Shown here piece by piece: positions 28,601-36,814 of a stretch of DNA of 64,000 bases. The notes beneath the pieces are model-generated. The model did not search any database and was not told the origin of the DNA. It saw nothing but the letters and a program-made list of their open reading frames with translations. Position 1 is the stretch's first letter. Each line of letters begins with the position of its first letter. This stretch comes from an uncultured Haliea sp. (GTDB lineage: Bacteria; Pseudomonadota; Gammaproteobacteria; Pseudomonadales; Halieaceae). The translations under genes were made by a program, and so were the position numbers. The stretch is taken from assembly GCA_963977485.1 (NCBI GenBank), contig CAXBOW010000020.1:151-64150 (forward strand). The letters are read 5' to 3'.

Positions 28601-29620
28601 ATGAACAATAAAAAACGTCTCTTCATTGGGTGCGTGTCAGCAGCCCTGGCCATCGGGTCGGCAACTAACGCCAGCGCCCAAGACAAGATAACTTTAAGAT
28701 TTGCCGACTGGATGCCCGAATCTGCCTTTACTACGACCTACGGCGCCAAGGCATTCATGGAAAAAGCACAGGAGCTCTCTGGTGGCCATATCAGTTTCCA
28801 GTATTTTCCCGCTGAACAACTGGGCAAAGGGTCGGAGGCTCTTACTCTGTTGCAGTCAGGAGTAGCTGATATCGCAAACGTCGCGCCAGCCTACCTCTCT
28901 GAACACCTGCCTCTTTCGGCTGTTGTGGAACTTCCAGGCATAGTTACCGACTCTTGTACTGCGGCGGACAAATTCTACAATCTGGTTCAACCTGGAGAAC
29001 CGCTTTATGAGGCGGAATTCAAGAGAAAAGATGTTCGCCCTCTGTTTACTGCCAACCTTGGCCCCTATCGCATTCTCACCAATGGAAAAAGCCTGTCGAC
29101 ACCATTGAATATTTCAGGTCTGAAGCTCCGCACTGCTGGCGGAGCCATGGCTATGACAGCCGATCGGCTAGGCGCAAACCCCATCCGCATGCAGGGTTCT
29201 GACGTTTTGCCCTCTCTGTCCCGCGGCACTCTGGATGGTGTCTTCTGGGGCCTGATCAGCATCGAGGACTGGAGTCTGGAAACGGCGCTGGACCAAATGG
29301 TTCCAAACCTGAGTATTGGCAGCTTCAATGTTACTTATTCTATCAGTGACCGGACCTGGGAAAAGCTTTCCCCGGCTAACCGGGAAATACTGGTAAAAGC
29401 CGGTCAGTACGCCAATCAGAATCACTGTAACTATGTGAATCAGGCCGAAAAACAGGCCATCTCCGATTTAGAAAAGAAACACGGCATAGCACCTCTATAC
29501 CTGCAAGAAGCTGAACTGAAGCACATCCAGGAAGACCTTGTCCAGGTACACAAGGACTGGGCTGAACCGCTAGAAAAACGCGGGCTGCCAGCAAATGCCA
29601 TTGTAGAACAAATGCTCTGA
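28601..29620 (+). CDS. dctP: TRAP transporter substrate-binding protein (DctP family)
   Basis: 339 aa with a signal peptide (...SATNASAQD). It is divergent from the MBL-dctQM operon. Confidence 0.85.
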   Translation: MNNKKRLFIGCVSAALAIGSATNASAQDKITLRFADWMPESAFTTTYGAKAFMEKAQELSGGHISFQYFPAEQLGKGSEALTLLQSGVADIANVAPAYLSEHLPLSAVVELPGIVTDSCTAADKFYNLVQPGEPLYEAEFKRKDVRPLFTANLGPYRILTNGKSLSTPLNISGLKLRTAGGAMAMTADRLGANPIRMQGSDVLPSLSRGTLDGVFWGLISIEDWSLETALDQMVPNLSIGSFNVTYSISDRTWEKLSPANREILVKAGQYANQNHCNYVNQAEKQAISDLEKKHGIAPLYLQEAELKHIQEDLVQVHKDWAEPLEKRGLPANAIVEQML

Positions 29621-29640
29621 TCCCTTAAGACCAGTCACAA

Positions 29641-29671
29641 CAATAACCTCCGCTAACTCAGGAGGTTATTG
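29641..29671 (+). terminator. Hairpin downstream of dctP (11-bp stem, no clear U-run)
   Basis: CAATAACCTCC-gctaactca-GGAGGTTATTG, a perfect inverted repeat 21 nt after the stop. Confidence 0.5.
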
Positions 29672-29755
29672 TCTAAATAACTCGGGAGCATCTTGTGGCC
29701 CAATCAATCGAATTCCTGTAGCTTACTGTTGGGCTTTCTTGCTACTGGGGTATTG

Positions 29756-30652
29756 ATGGCGATCAAGTATGACCTGACAGATTTCCGGCTATTCATCAAG
29801 ATTGCAGAGTCCGAGAGCATGTCGAGGGGCGCTGAGCAATGTCACATGTCTGTACCCGCTGCAAGCAACCGGATGCGCAACCTGGAAGATTTGCTCGGGC
29901 TAAAGTTGCTACAACGAAGCTCCCATGGGGTGACACTTACCAACGAAGGTAGGGTCTACCTGCATCATGCCCGCAAGATCACCTCACAGTTGGAAGTGCT
30001 CAGCGGAGATCTCCAGGAATTTGCCCTCGGCATCACCGGTCAACTCAGGCTTCTCGCCAACACTACTGCCATCACCGAGTTGCTACCAGCTATACTGGGA
30101 GAGTACTTGCAGTCGCATCCCAACGTGCGTATCGAGATGAAAGAAAAGGTCAGCGAGGAGATTGTTCGTACAGTAAAGGAAGGAGGTGCAGATCTTGGCA
30201 TCGTCTCGGGCAACGTGGTCACCGCCGGATTGCAGACACTGACTTTTGCAAAGAGCCGCTTGGTGGTTATCTGTCCAATAGGGCACCCAATCTCGAAGTT
30301 CGACAATATCCGTTTTGAGGACTGCGTTTCTTATCCCCTTATCTCGCTACTGGAGGGCTCAGCGATCCATCAGTTTCTGACGAAAGAAGCAGAAAAGCTG
30401 CATATCACTCTAAACATCCGCGTTCAGGTAGCGAGCTACGATGCCATTTATCGAATGGTGGCCAACAATCTAGGTATCGCAATTATTCCTCAGCTGGGAT
30501 TTGCCCGCCACAAGGGCACCCGTAATATCAAACAGATCGAACTAACTGACAATTGGGCAGAGCGTAATTTCCAACTCTGCGCCGAAAACTTCGACACCCT
30601 TCCAACCTTCGTCCGTGAATTCTGTGAAATCCTGCGGTTACGATACCTGTAG
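29756..30652 (+). CDS. LysR-family transcriptional regulator
   Basis: Contains MAIKYDLTDFRLFIKIAESESMSRGAEQCHMSVPAASNRMRNLEDLLGLKLLQR (wHTH). I chose ATG 29756 over the track TTG at 29693. Confidence 0.9.
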   Translation: MAIKYDLTDFRLFIKIAESESMSRGAEQCHMSVPAASNRMRNLEDLLGLKLLQRSSHGVTLTNEGRVYLHHARKITSQLEVLSGDLQEFALGITGQLRLLANTTAITELLPAILGEYLQSHPNVRIEMKEKVSEEIVRTVKEGGADLGIVSGNVVTAGLQTLTFAKSRLVVICPIGHPISKFDNIRFEDCVSYPLISLLEGSAIHQFLTKEAEKLHITLNIRVQVASYDAIYRMVANNLGIAIIPQLGFARHKGTRNIKQIELTDNWAERNFQLCAENFDTLPTFVREFCEILRLRYL

Positions 30653-30671
30653 AGCGGCGCTCCGGGCCCAC

Positions 30672-32270
30672 CTAAGTGTTAATGCCAAGGTCACGCTGAG
30701 CAGCCATCTCTCTCAACTTCGTCCGTTGAATTTTAACGCCGTTAGCACTTTCAGTCACCGGAAAAGCATCCAGAAACCACACTCGCGCTGGCACCTTAAA
30801 AGGGGCGATTCTCTTTCCAAGCCAGGCACGAATGCCTTCAGCCTCGATTTCTCTACCCGGCTCGACAATTACGAATGCCACGCAGGACTGCACACCGTCC
30901 ACGTTCGCCCCAATCACCTGAGCCTCAACAACACCCGGACAGTCTCTCATCACATCTTCGATTTCCGTCGGGTTTACCAGAAACCCACTAAGGCGGATCG
31001 CATCTCCCCGACGGGTCAGGTAAACAAATGAACCATCCTTACGCAGGTAACCGATATCTCCTGTGGAGAAAAAACCATCCTGACCAATGACTTCAGAGGT
31101 GGCGTCCGGGTCATTGAAATATCCTGAAAAGTTACCCTTTGCGTGAATCTCCAGAATGCCGCTATGCTCAGGGGCCTGCAATTCACCAGTCTCGGTATCG
31201 CGAACCCTCAACTGTGCTTTCGGGTCAGCAGGAAAGCCTCCCCCCCGGCACCGTTCCTGTGCGTTCTCCTGCCTGATCTGTATTGAAAAAAGGCCTTGCA
31301 CCTCGCTGGAACCGTAAACACCTTTCAGTGGTATGCCCTTGGCGCCTGCCCGCCTGACAAGATCCTCGCCGCCCGTCTGGAACATAGCAAAGCCACACAC
31401 CCGGAGGCTATCCAGCCTGGACTCCGCGGGAATCGCATCAAGAATGCGCCGATACATTTCATCACTGCCGAACAGATGAGTCAGCTTATGTTTCCGGATC
31501 AGCGCAACGGCAGGCTCCGCATCAAATGCCTCCATTACAACAATGGGGGTGCCTGCCGTCAACGCGGTGAGGACCGGCACCAGCCCAAAGGTTCCACAAA
31601 ATGGCAAAGGAGCAAGCAACCCCGCACCTGGTTGATCGAACTGAAATGTTTCCGCAACGCAACGTGCATGACTGGTCAGTGAGCGCTGAGTATGCATTAC
31701 CAGTTTCGGCAGCTTGGTGGTGCCCGATGTAGTGAACAGCATCGCCAGATTGCTTTCGCGCGAACTGTCAGCTATGTCGGGCGCATTACGGGCTGCCAAC
31801 TCCGGGAAAGGCAGCGTTGAACAACCAGCCAGCTGCGGCATCTCTGATGCGGGCTCAAGAACGGCGATGACATCGAGATCCGGCACTGTCGCGGGCTCGA
31901 GTTTCTCCAGAAGAGCCTGAAAATCGATCTTCCGGAAGCGGGGCTGCATGATCAGCATGCGAGCCCCGGATGCAGACAGAATATGCTGCAGTTCCGCCGT
32001 GCGGTAACGGGTATTCACGGCCACCAGCACAGCCCCAAGACGGGACAGACCCAACATCAGTGCCAACCACTCCGACCGATTAACGAGCCACACCGCCACT
32101 CGGTCACCGTGGCCAACACCCTGTTCCTGAAGCCACACAGCAGCTGAGCGAGCCATCTGATCCAGCTCGGCATAACTGATGCGACGGTCACCCTCCAATA
32201 GAGCGCAAGCATCCGGCACCTGCTCCAGGTGCCTTGTTGCCAAAGCAGGCAACGTTAGCTTCTTCGACAT
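30672..32270 (-). CDS. AMP-forming acyl-CoA ligase (paralogue of 10738-12333)
   Basis: Motifs FTTSGTTKLPKL, YGSSE and FSTGDIGYLRKDG. The ATG (MSKKLTL...) overlaps the stop of the upstream ABC ATPase gene. The track GTG at 32327 would sit inside that gene. Confidence 0.9.
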   Translation of the reverse strand: MSKKLTLPALATRHLEQVPDACALLEGDRRISYAELDQMARSAAVWLQEQGVGHGDRVAVWLVNRSEWLALMLGLSRLGAVLVAVNTRYRTAELQHILSASGARMLIMQPRFRKIDFQALLEKLEPATVPDLDVIAVLEPASEMPQLAGCSTLPFPELAARNAPDIADSSRESNLAMLFTTSGTTKLPKLVMHTQRSLTSHARCVAETFQFDQPGAGLLAPLPFCGTFGLVPVLTALTAGTPIVVMEAFDAEPAVALIRKHKLTHLFGSDEMYRRILDAIPAESRLDSLRVCGFAMFQTGGEDLVRRAGAKGIPLKGVYGSSEVQGLFSIQIRQENAQERCRGGGFPADPKAQLRVRDTETGELQAPEHSGILEIHAKGNFSGYFNDPDATSEVIGQDGFFSTGDIGYLRKDGSFVYLTRRGDAIRLSGFLVNPTEIEDVMRDCPGVVEAQVIGANVDGVQSCVAFVIVEPGREIEAEGIRAWLGKRIAPFKVPARVWFLDAFPVTESANGVKIQRTKLREMAAQRDLGINT

Positions 32271-32980
32271 CAGTACAGCTCCATCAGCTTCTTGTTGTCG
32301 CTCAATTCCTCCGGCTGACCTTCCCACGTCATTTGGCCGGACTTCATCACCACTACCCGGTCAGATATTTTCAAGGCTTCCTTGACGTTCTGCTCTACCA
32401 GCAAGATCGACATACCTGTTTTCTTCTGCAACTCCCGGATCGGGCCACAGAGATCCTGGAACAGCTTTGGTGCCAGCCCGATGGAGGGCTCATCCATCAA
32501 CAAACACCGAGGACGGCTGAGCAGCGCCCGGCCAATCGAGACCATCTGCTGCTGCCCCCCTGACAGGTTGCCGGCTCGTGTATGGTAGAATTTTTTCATC
32601 ACCGGCAAGATCGACATCACCCATTCGATTCTATCCGCCCGTTCTTTTTCCGGAACCCCCGCAGCCCACATCCCCAGACTCATGGTTTCCTCCACCGTCA
32701 TACCGGGGAATACACCACGGCCTTCCGGCACCATGGACATACCTGCTATTGTCATGGCCCGGGGCTCGGTACCCGCCGCTTTGCCATTAAACAGAATGCG
32801 GCCACTTTCATGGGGCACCAGCCCAAAGATGGTTTTTAGAAGTGTGGACTTCCCCGCACCGTTATGCCCAATCAGGCACAGTACTTCATTGGCGTTGACG
32901 TGAACATTAATGTCCGTCAGCACCGGCCGACCGCCATAACCGACCACCAGATTCTCAACCTGGAGTATTTTGTCTGTCAT
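32270..32980 (-). CDS. Branched-chain-amino-acid-type ABC transporter ATP-binding protein (LivF-like)
   Basis: 236 aa with Walker A GHNGAGKST, signature LSGGQQQM and Walker B LLMDEPS. Confidence 0.9.
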   Translation of the reverse strand: MTDKILQVENLVVGYGGRPVLTDINVHVNANEVLCLIGHNGAGKSTLLKTIFGLVPHESGRILFNGKAAGTEPRAMTIAGMSMVPEGRGVFPGMTVEETMSLGMWAAGVPEKERADRIEWVMSILPVMKKFYHTRAGNLSGGQQQMVSIGRALLSRPRCLLMDEPSIGLAPKLFQDLCGPIRELQKKTGMSILLVEQNVKEALKISDRVVVMKSGQMTWEGQPEELSDNKKLMELY

Positions 32981-32982
32981 GG

Positions 32983-33801
32983 TTATCTCTCCCCGAAGTA
33001 GATAGCGGCCAGAGCCGGGTCGTTCAAGATAGTTGCCGGCTCGCCGTCAGCCAGTAATTTACCTTGATCAAGGAACGCAATCCGATCAGAAATGTTCACT
33101 ACAATGTCCAGGTTATGCTCAATGATGCAAACGGTAATACCGTCACTGACTTCTTCCCGGAGTAATTGCAGGAACAGATTATAGGAGTTCGGATCAAGTC
33201 CTGACGCCGGCTCGTCCAGAAGCCATAGGCGCGAATCGGTCGCCATGATACGGGCGAGGCTCAGGAACTTCCGCTCCGCATAGGCCAAATCAAGCGCGCG
33301 GGTGTGGCGCTTGCCCGTTAGCCCGGTTCTTTCGAGAATCCGGTTTACTTTATTGGACCGCTTATTCTTGCGGGACTTTCCACCAGACTGCCAGAGCCAG
33401 GAACCAGGCTCCATCATCGTAAGGATGTTTTCTTCCACCGTCATGTGAGTAAACAGTCGCAAGTCCTGAAAGGTTCTGGCAATGCCTTCCCTGGCAATTT
33501 TCCAGGGTGATTTGCCAATTACCGACTCGCCCTGCCAGCGCACGTCGCCTGCGGAGGGCAGAATATGTCCGGTAATCAGATTGAACAGCGTAGTTTTACC
33601 AGCTCCATTCGGGCCGACCAAGGTCGTGATGATCCCTGCTCTTAGACTTAGGGAAACATCATTGGTTGCCTGCAGCCCACCGAAGTTCTTGCTCAGGTTA
33701 CTGATTTCCAACAGCACCTCCTGGTCATCGGTAGATCCGGTAAAGCCAGAACCGGGAACTGACTGCGCCATCTCCTGAGATGTCGTTAACGACTCGCTCA
33801 T
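32983..33801 (-). CDS. Branched-chain-amino-acid-type ABC transporter ATP-binding protein (LivG-like)
   Basis: 272 aa with GPNGAGKTT and LLDEPASGL. It has the LivG-type C-terminus and a roughly 25-aa N-terminal extension. Confidence 0.9.
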   Translation of the reverse strand: MSESLTTSQEMAQSVPGSGFTGSTDDQEVLLEISNLSKNFGGLQATNDVSLSLRAGIITTLVGPNGAGKTTLFNLITGHILPSAGDVRWQGESVIGKSPWKIAREGIARTFQDLRLFTHMTVEENILTMMEPGSWLWQSGGKSRKNKRSNKVNRILERTGLTGKRHTRALDLAYAERKFLSLARIMATDSRLWLLDEPASGLDPNSYNLFLQLLREEVSDGITVCIIEHNLDIVVNISDRIAFLDQGKLLADGEPATILNDPALAAIYFGER

Positions 33802-34679
33802 TTGCCACCTCCCGGCTGTGAACTCACGATGCCGCCGGGGCGGAAAATCATAAGCAATACCATGGCCAGACCGTAAACAATCTGCTGAATGGAACCGATT
33901 TCAGTCTGCGGCAAGAATGTCAGGTACGTCAGTGCACTGGGCATCAGCATCAACAAAGCTGCCCCCAACAGCGGACCGGCGATCGTTGCAGTGCCTCCAA
34001 TAATGACCATTGCCATGACCAGCACCGAGGTGTCGAGCATGAAGCTCTCGACATTGATAAAGCTCATATAAAAGGCGTAGAGCGCGCCTGCAACAGCCGC
34101 CAAAGCCGAAGAAAGCACAACGGACAGAGTCTTGATCACCGTTATGTTCTTGCCAGAGGCCAATGCGGCCGATTCACTGTCCCGTATCGCTTTGAGGCTT
34201 CGCCCGAAGCTGGTGTGCACCAAAGTGCGGATAATAACGAGAATAATCGCGAGGCAAACCAGTGACATCAGCAGGAACTGCCAGGGTTTATAAACCGGAT
34301 AACCGAACAGCTCTACAGCGGGAATTCCGATCACCCCACCAATTCCTCCGGTAAAACTCTTCCACTCTGAGAAGAGTGTTACTGCCAGCACCTGCAGACC
34401 AAGGGAGGCCGCCACAAAGTATTCACCTCGCACCCGCAACGCGGGAAGTGCCAATAACAAGGAAGTCACCGCGGCTGCAGCCATCGCGATGGGTACTGCC
34501 ACGAAAAACTCCGGGCTGACATTCATCGCCACCAAGGCCGCGGTATAGCCACCAATGCCAAAAAACACAGCATGCGCCAAAGAGAAGATACCGGCGTAAC
34601 CGATAATGAAATTAAGTGTGGTCGAGAGGATCGCGTAAACTGAGATCAGGACCAGCAAGTTCAGTATATAAGCCGTCAT
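33798..34679 (-). CDS. ABC transporter permease (LivM-like)
   Basis: 293 aa and polytopic. 4-nt overlap with the ATPase gene. Confidence 0.85.
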   Translation of the reverse strand: MTAYILNLLVLISVYAILSTTLNFIIGYAGIFSLAHAVFFGIGGYTAALVAMNVSPEFFVAVPIAMAAAAVTSLLLALPALRVRGEYFVAASLGLQVLAVTLFSEWKSFTGGIGGVIGIPAVELFGYPVYKPWQFLLMSLVCLAIILVIIRTLVHTSFGRSLKAIRDSESAALASGKNITVIKTLSVVLSSALAAVAGALYAFYMSFINVESFMLDTSVLVMAMVIIGGTATIAGPLLGAALLMLMPSALTYLTFLPQTEIGSIQQIVYGLAMVLLMIFRPGGIVSSQPGGGK

Positions 34680-34688
34680 GTCAGCACC

Positions 34689-35561
34689 TCACGAAACTGT
34701 CGCGCGCCCAAAGAACCCGGACGGTTTGAAAATGATGAAGAAGAACAGAATCCCGAAAGTAATGGCTTCACTCCACTGGGTGCCCAACTTCCACATCGCC
34801 AGGTTCTCTGCCACACCGATCAGCAGGCCAGCACAGGCTGCACCCCGAAGGCTGCCTATGCCGCCAACAATAGTCGCAGCAAGACTGATTAGCATGACGT
34901 GGTGACCAACGGCCGGGTTGATGCCCGTACCCGCAGCCGTGAAAATAGCGCCAGGCACCACAAGCAGAGACCCAAGGGCAAAGGCGTATGTGGACAGCCG
35001 TCGGGGACTAAGTCCAAACATACGCACCAGCTCCGGGTTTTCACTCAATGCGCGCAGGCCTTTACCCACGAAGGTGCGGGTCAGGAATAAATGCAATGCC
35101 ACGAAGCAGATAATGGCGCACACAATAGCCAGTCCATTTAGTGGCGAAAGGTATAGCCCGGGTATAACCTCCACGGAGTTGCTCAAGGGAGTCGGGACCG
35201 ACATAAAGCCACGCCCGAACACACTGCCCAGTAAATTTTGCACCACAATACCGATACCAAAAGAGGCTACAAATACGGTGAAGAATGAGCCTTCATGACG
35301 CTGAATAGGAGCGTACATATAACGATCCAGCAAGACACCAAACACCACCGCGCTGGCAGCCGCTACTGCAACCGCAAATATCCAATGCAAGCCCAGGCCA
35401 ACCAGCGCGAAGTGGAAAAGGTAGGCCGCAATGGCGAACGTAGCACCGTGAGCAAAATGGAATATCTTGGTAGAGCCAAAGATTAGTGAAAAGCCAGCTG
35501 CAGTGAGGGCGTAGATCGCCCCCACCTGCAAACCATTAGCAAGAAGCTGCAAAAATAGCAT
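34689..35561 (-). CDS. ABC transporter permease (LivH-like)
   Basis: 290 aa and polytopic. MLFLQLLANGLQVGAIYAL is the typical LivH N-terminus. Confidence 0.85.
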   Translation of the reverse strand: MLFLQLLANGLQVGAIYALTAAGFSLIFGSTKIFHFAHGATFAIAAYLFHFALVGLGLHWIFAVAVAAASAVVFGVLLDRYMYAPIQRHEGSFFTVFVASFGIGIVVQNLLGSVFGRGFMSVPTPLSNSVEVIPGLYLSPLNGLAIVCAIICFVALHLFLTRTFVGKGLRALSENPELVRMFGLSPRRLSTYAFALGSLLVVPGAIFTAAGTGINPAVGHHVMLISLAATIVGGIGSLRGAACAGLLIGVAENLAMWKLGTQWSEAITFGILFFFIIFKPSGFFGRATVS

Positions 35562-35570
35562 GATAGCCCC

Positions 35571-36701
35571 TTACTTCACGGCCTTGACGGAGACCACTTT
35601 ACCACTACCGGAGCCGTCGACTTGTAGCACTTGAATCGGTGCCAACAGAGTGCCGTTTTCCTGGAAAGAAACCTTGCCACCGACCAGTTCGAAGGTATTC
35701 ATTGCCTTTCGCTGGGCCAGCAGATCAGCACCCGTAATATCTTTACCTTGCTCCTCCAGACCCTTAGCGAGAAGTGCAAAAACCCTTACGGCATTGTAGT
35801 AATTGGCAATATAGGAGGTCGGATTTTTACCGTACTTAGCCTTGTAATCGTCGACAAAACGTTTAGTAACCGGGTCTTTAGAGTCCCAGTCAATGCTCTG
35901 CGTCGTAAACAGTGCTCCCTGGGCTTCCTTCAGCGTTTGCAGCTCAGGAACAGAGAACGCGGAGTAGCTGGCAATCTGCGCCTTTACGCCATTATCACGT
36001 AGCTGTTTAACAATCTGCAGTTGCTGAGAGCCGTAAGAAGCCACATAGACCACGTCCGGGTTGTTGCTGCGAACCCGTGCAGCCACCCCACTGAACTGCT
36101 GGGCTGAAGCGGCAATGGAGTGAGACTCCACGAGCTCGCCACCCAGTGCGGGTAACGCCATCTCCAGCTCCTCAAGAATTGATTCCCCAAGCGGATCGTC
36201 AACATAAACCAAAGTAAACCGTTTATGACCCAGATCACTCACCGCGTGAGTAACCAGCGCTCCCACTTCATTGTTCGCCAGAGGAATGACGTTCCAGAAA
36301 TAATCGCCCAACTCCGCCAAATCAGGGCCGACGCCACCGCCATTTACAGCCACTGTCTGGCTGCGCTGGGCGAGCGTGGATATCGCCTTAGAGACACCGG
36401 TGAAGGCCGAGAGTACGTAAGGAACGCTCTCCACGTTAACCAGTTTGTTCATCGCGACAACACCTTGTTGGGGCAAGGCCTGACTGTCTTCGTAAAGAAT
36501 TTTCAAGTCGCCTGACAACAATGCATCTTCATTAACATGCTTGGCTGCCAAATCCGCACCAGACATGAATATGTCGCCATAAGTTGCATTGGGCCCACTC
36601 AATGGAAATACCGCACCAATCGCAATGTCGTCCGCTTGGACTGTCGCAGCGGACGCAAGTCCCAAGGCAAAAGCGATGGATGAAAGGGTCTTGGGTAACA
36701 T
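35571..36701 (-). CDS. ABC transporter periplasmic substrate-binding protein (LivJ/K-like, type I PBP)
   Basis: Signal peptide MLPKTLSSIAFALGLASAATVQA, then IAIGAVFPLSGPNATYG. I chose ATG 36701 over 36761. Confidence 0.85.
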   Translation of the reverse strand: MLPKTLSSIAFALGLASAATVQADDIAIGAVFPLSGPNATYGDIFMSGADLAAKHVNEDALLSGDLKILYEDSQALPQQGVVAMNKLVNVESVPYVLSAFTGVSKAISTLAQRSQTVAVNGGGVGPDLAELGDYFWNVIPLANNEVGALVTHAVSDLGHKRFTLVYVDDPLGESILEELEMALPALGGELVESHSIAASAQQFSGVAARVRSNNPDVVYVASYGSQQLQIVKQLRDNGVKAQIASYSAFSVPELQTLKEAQGALFTTQSIDWDSKDPVTKRFVDDYKAKYGKNPTSYIANYYNAVRVFALLAKGLEEQGKDITGADLLAQRKAMNTFELVGGKVSFQENGTLLAPIQVLQVDGSGSGKVVSVKAVK

Positions 36702-36814
36702 AAGCTTATCCTCAGTGTTATTGTTGTCATATTTGACACTAACACTGTTTAACCAGCGCACAATTCGCCTTTTATTAAGACCCGTTTAATGTCAGGTGAA
36801 CGTCAGCCCTATAG

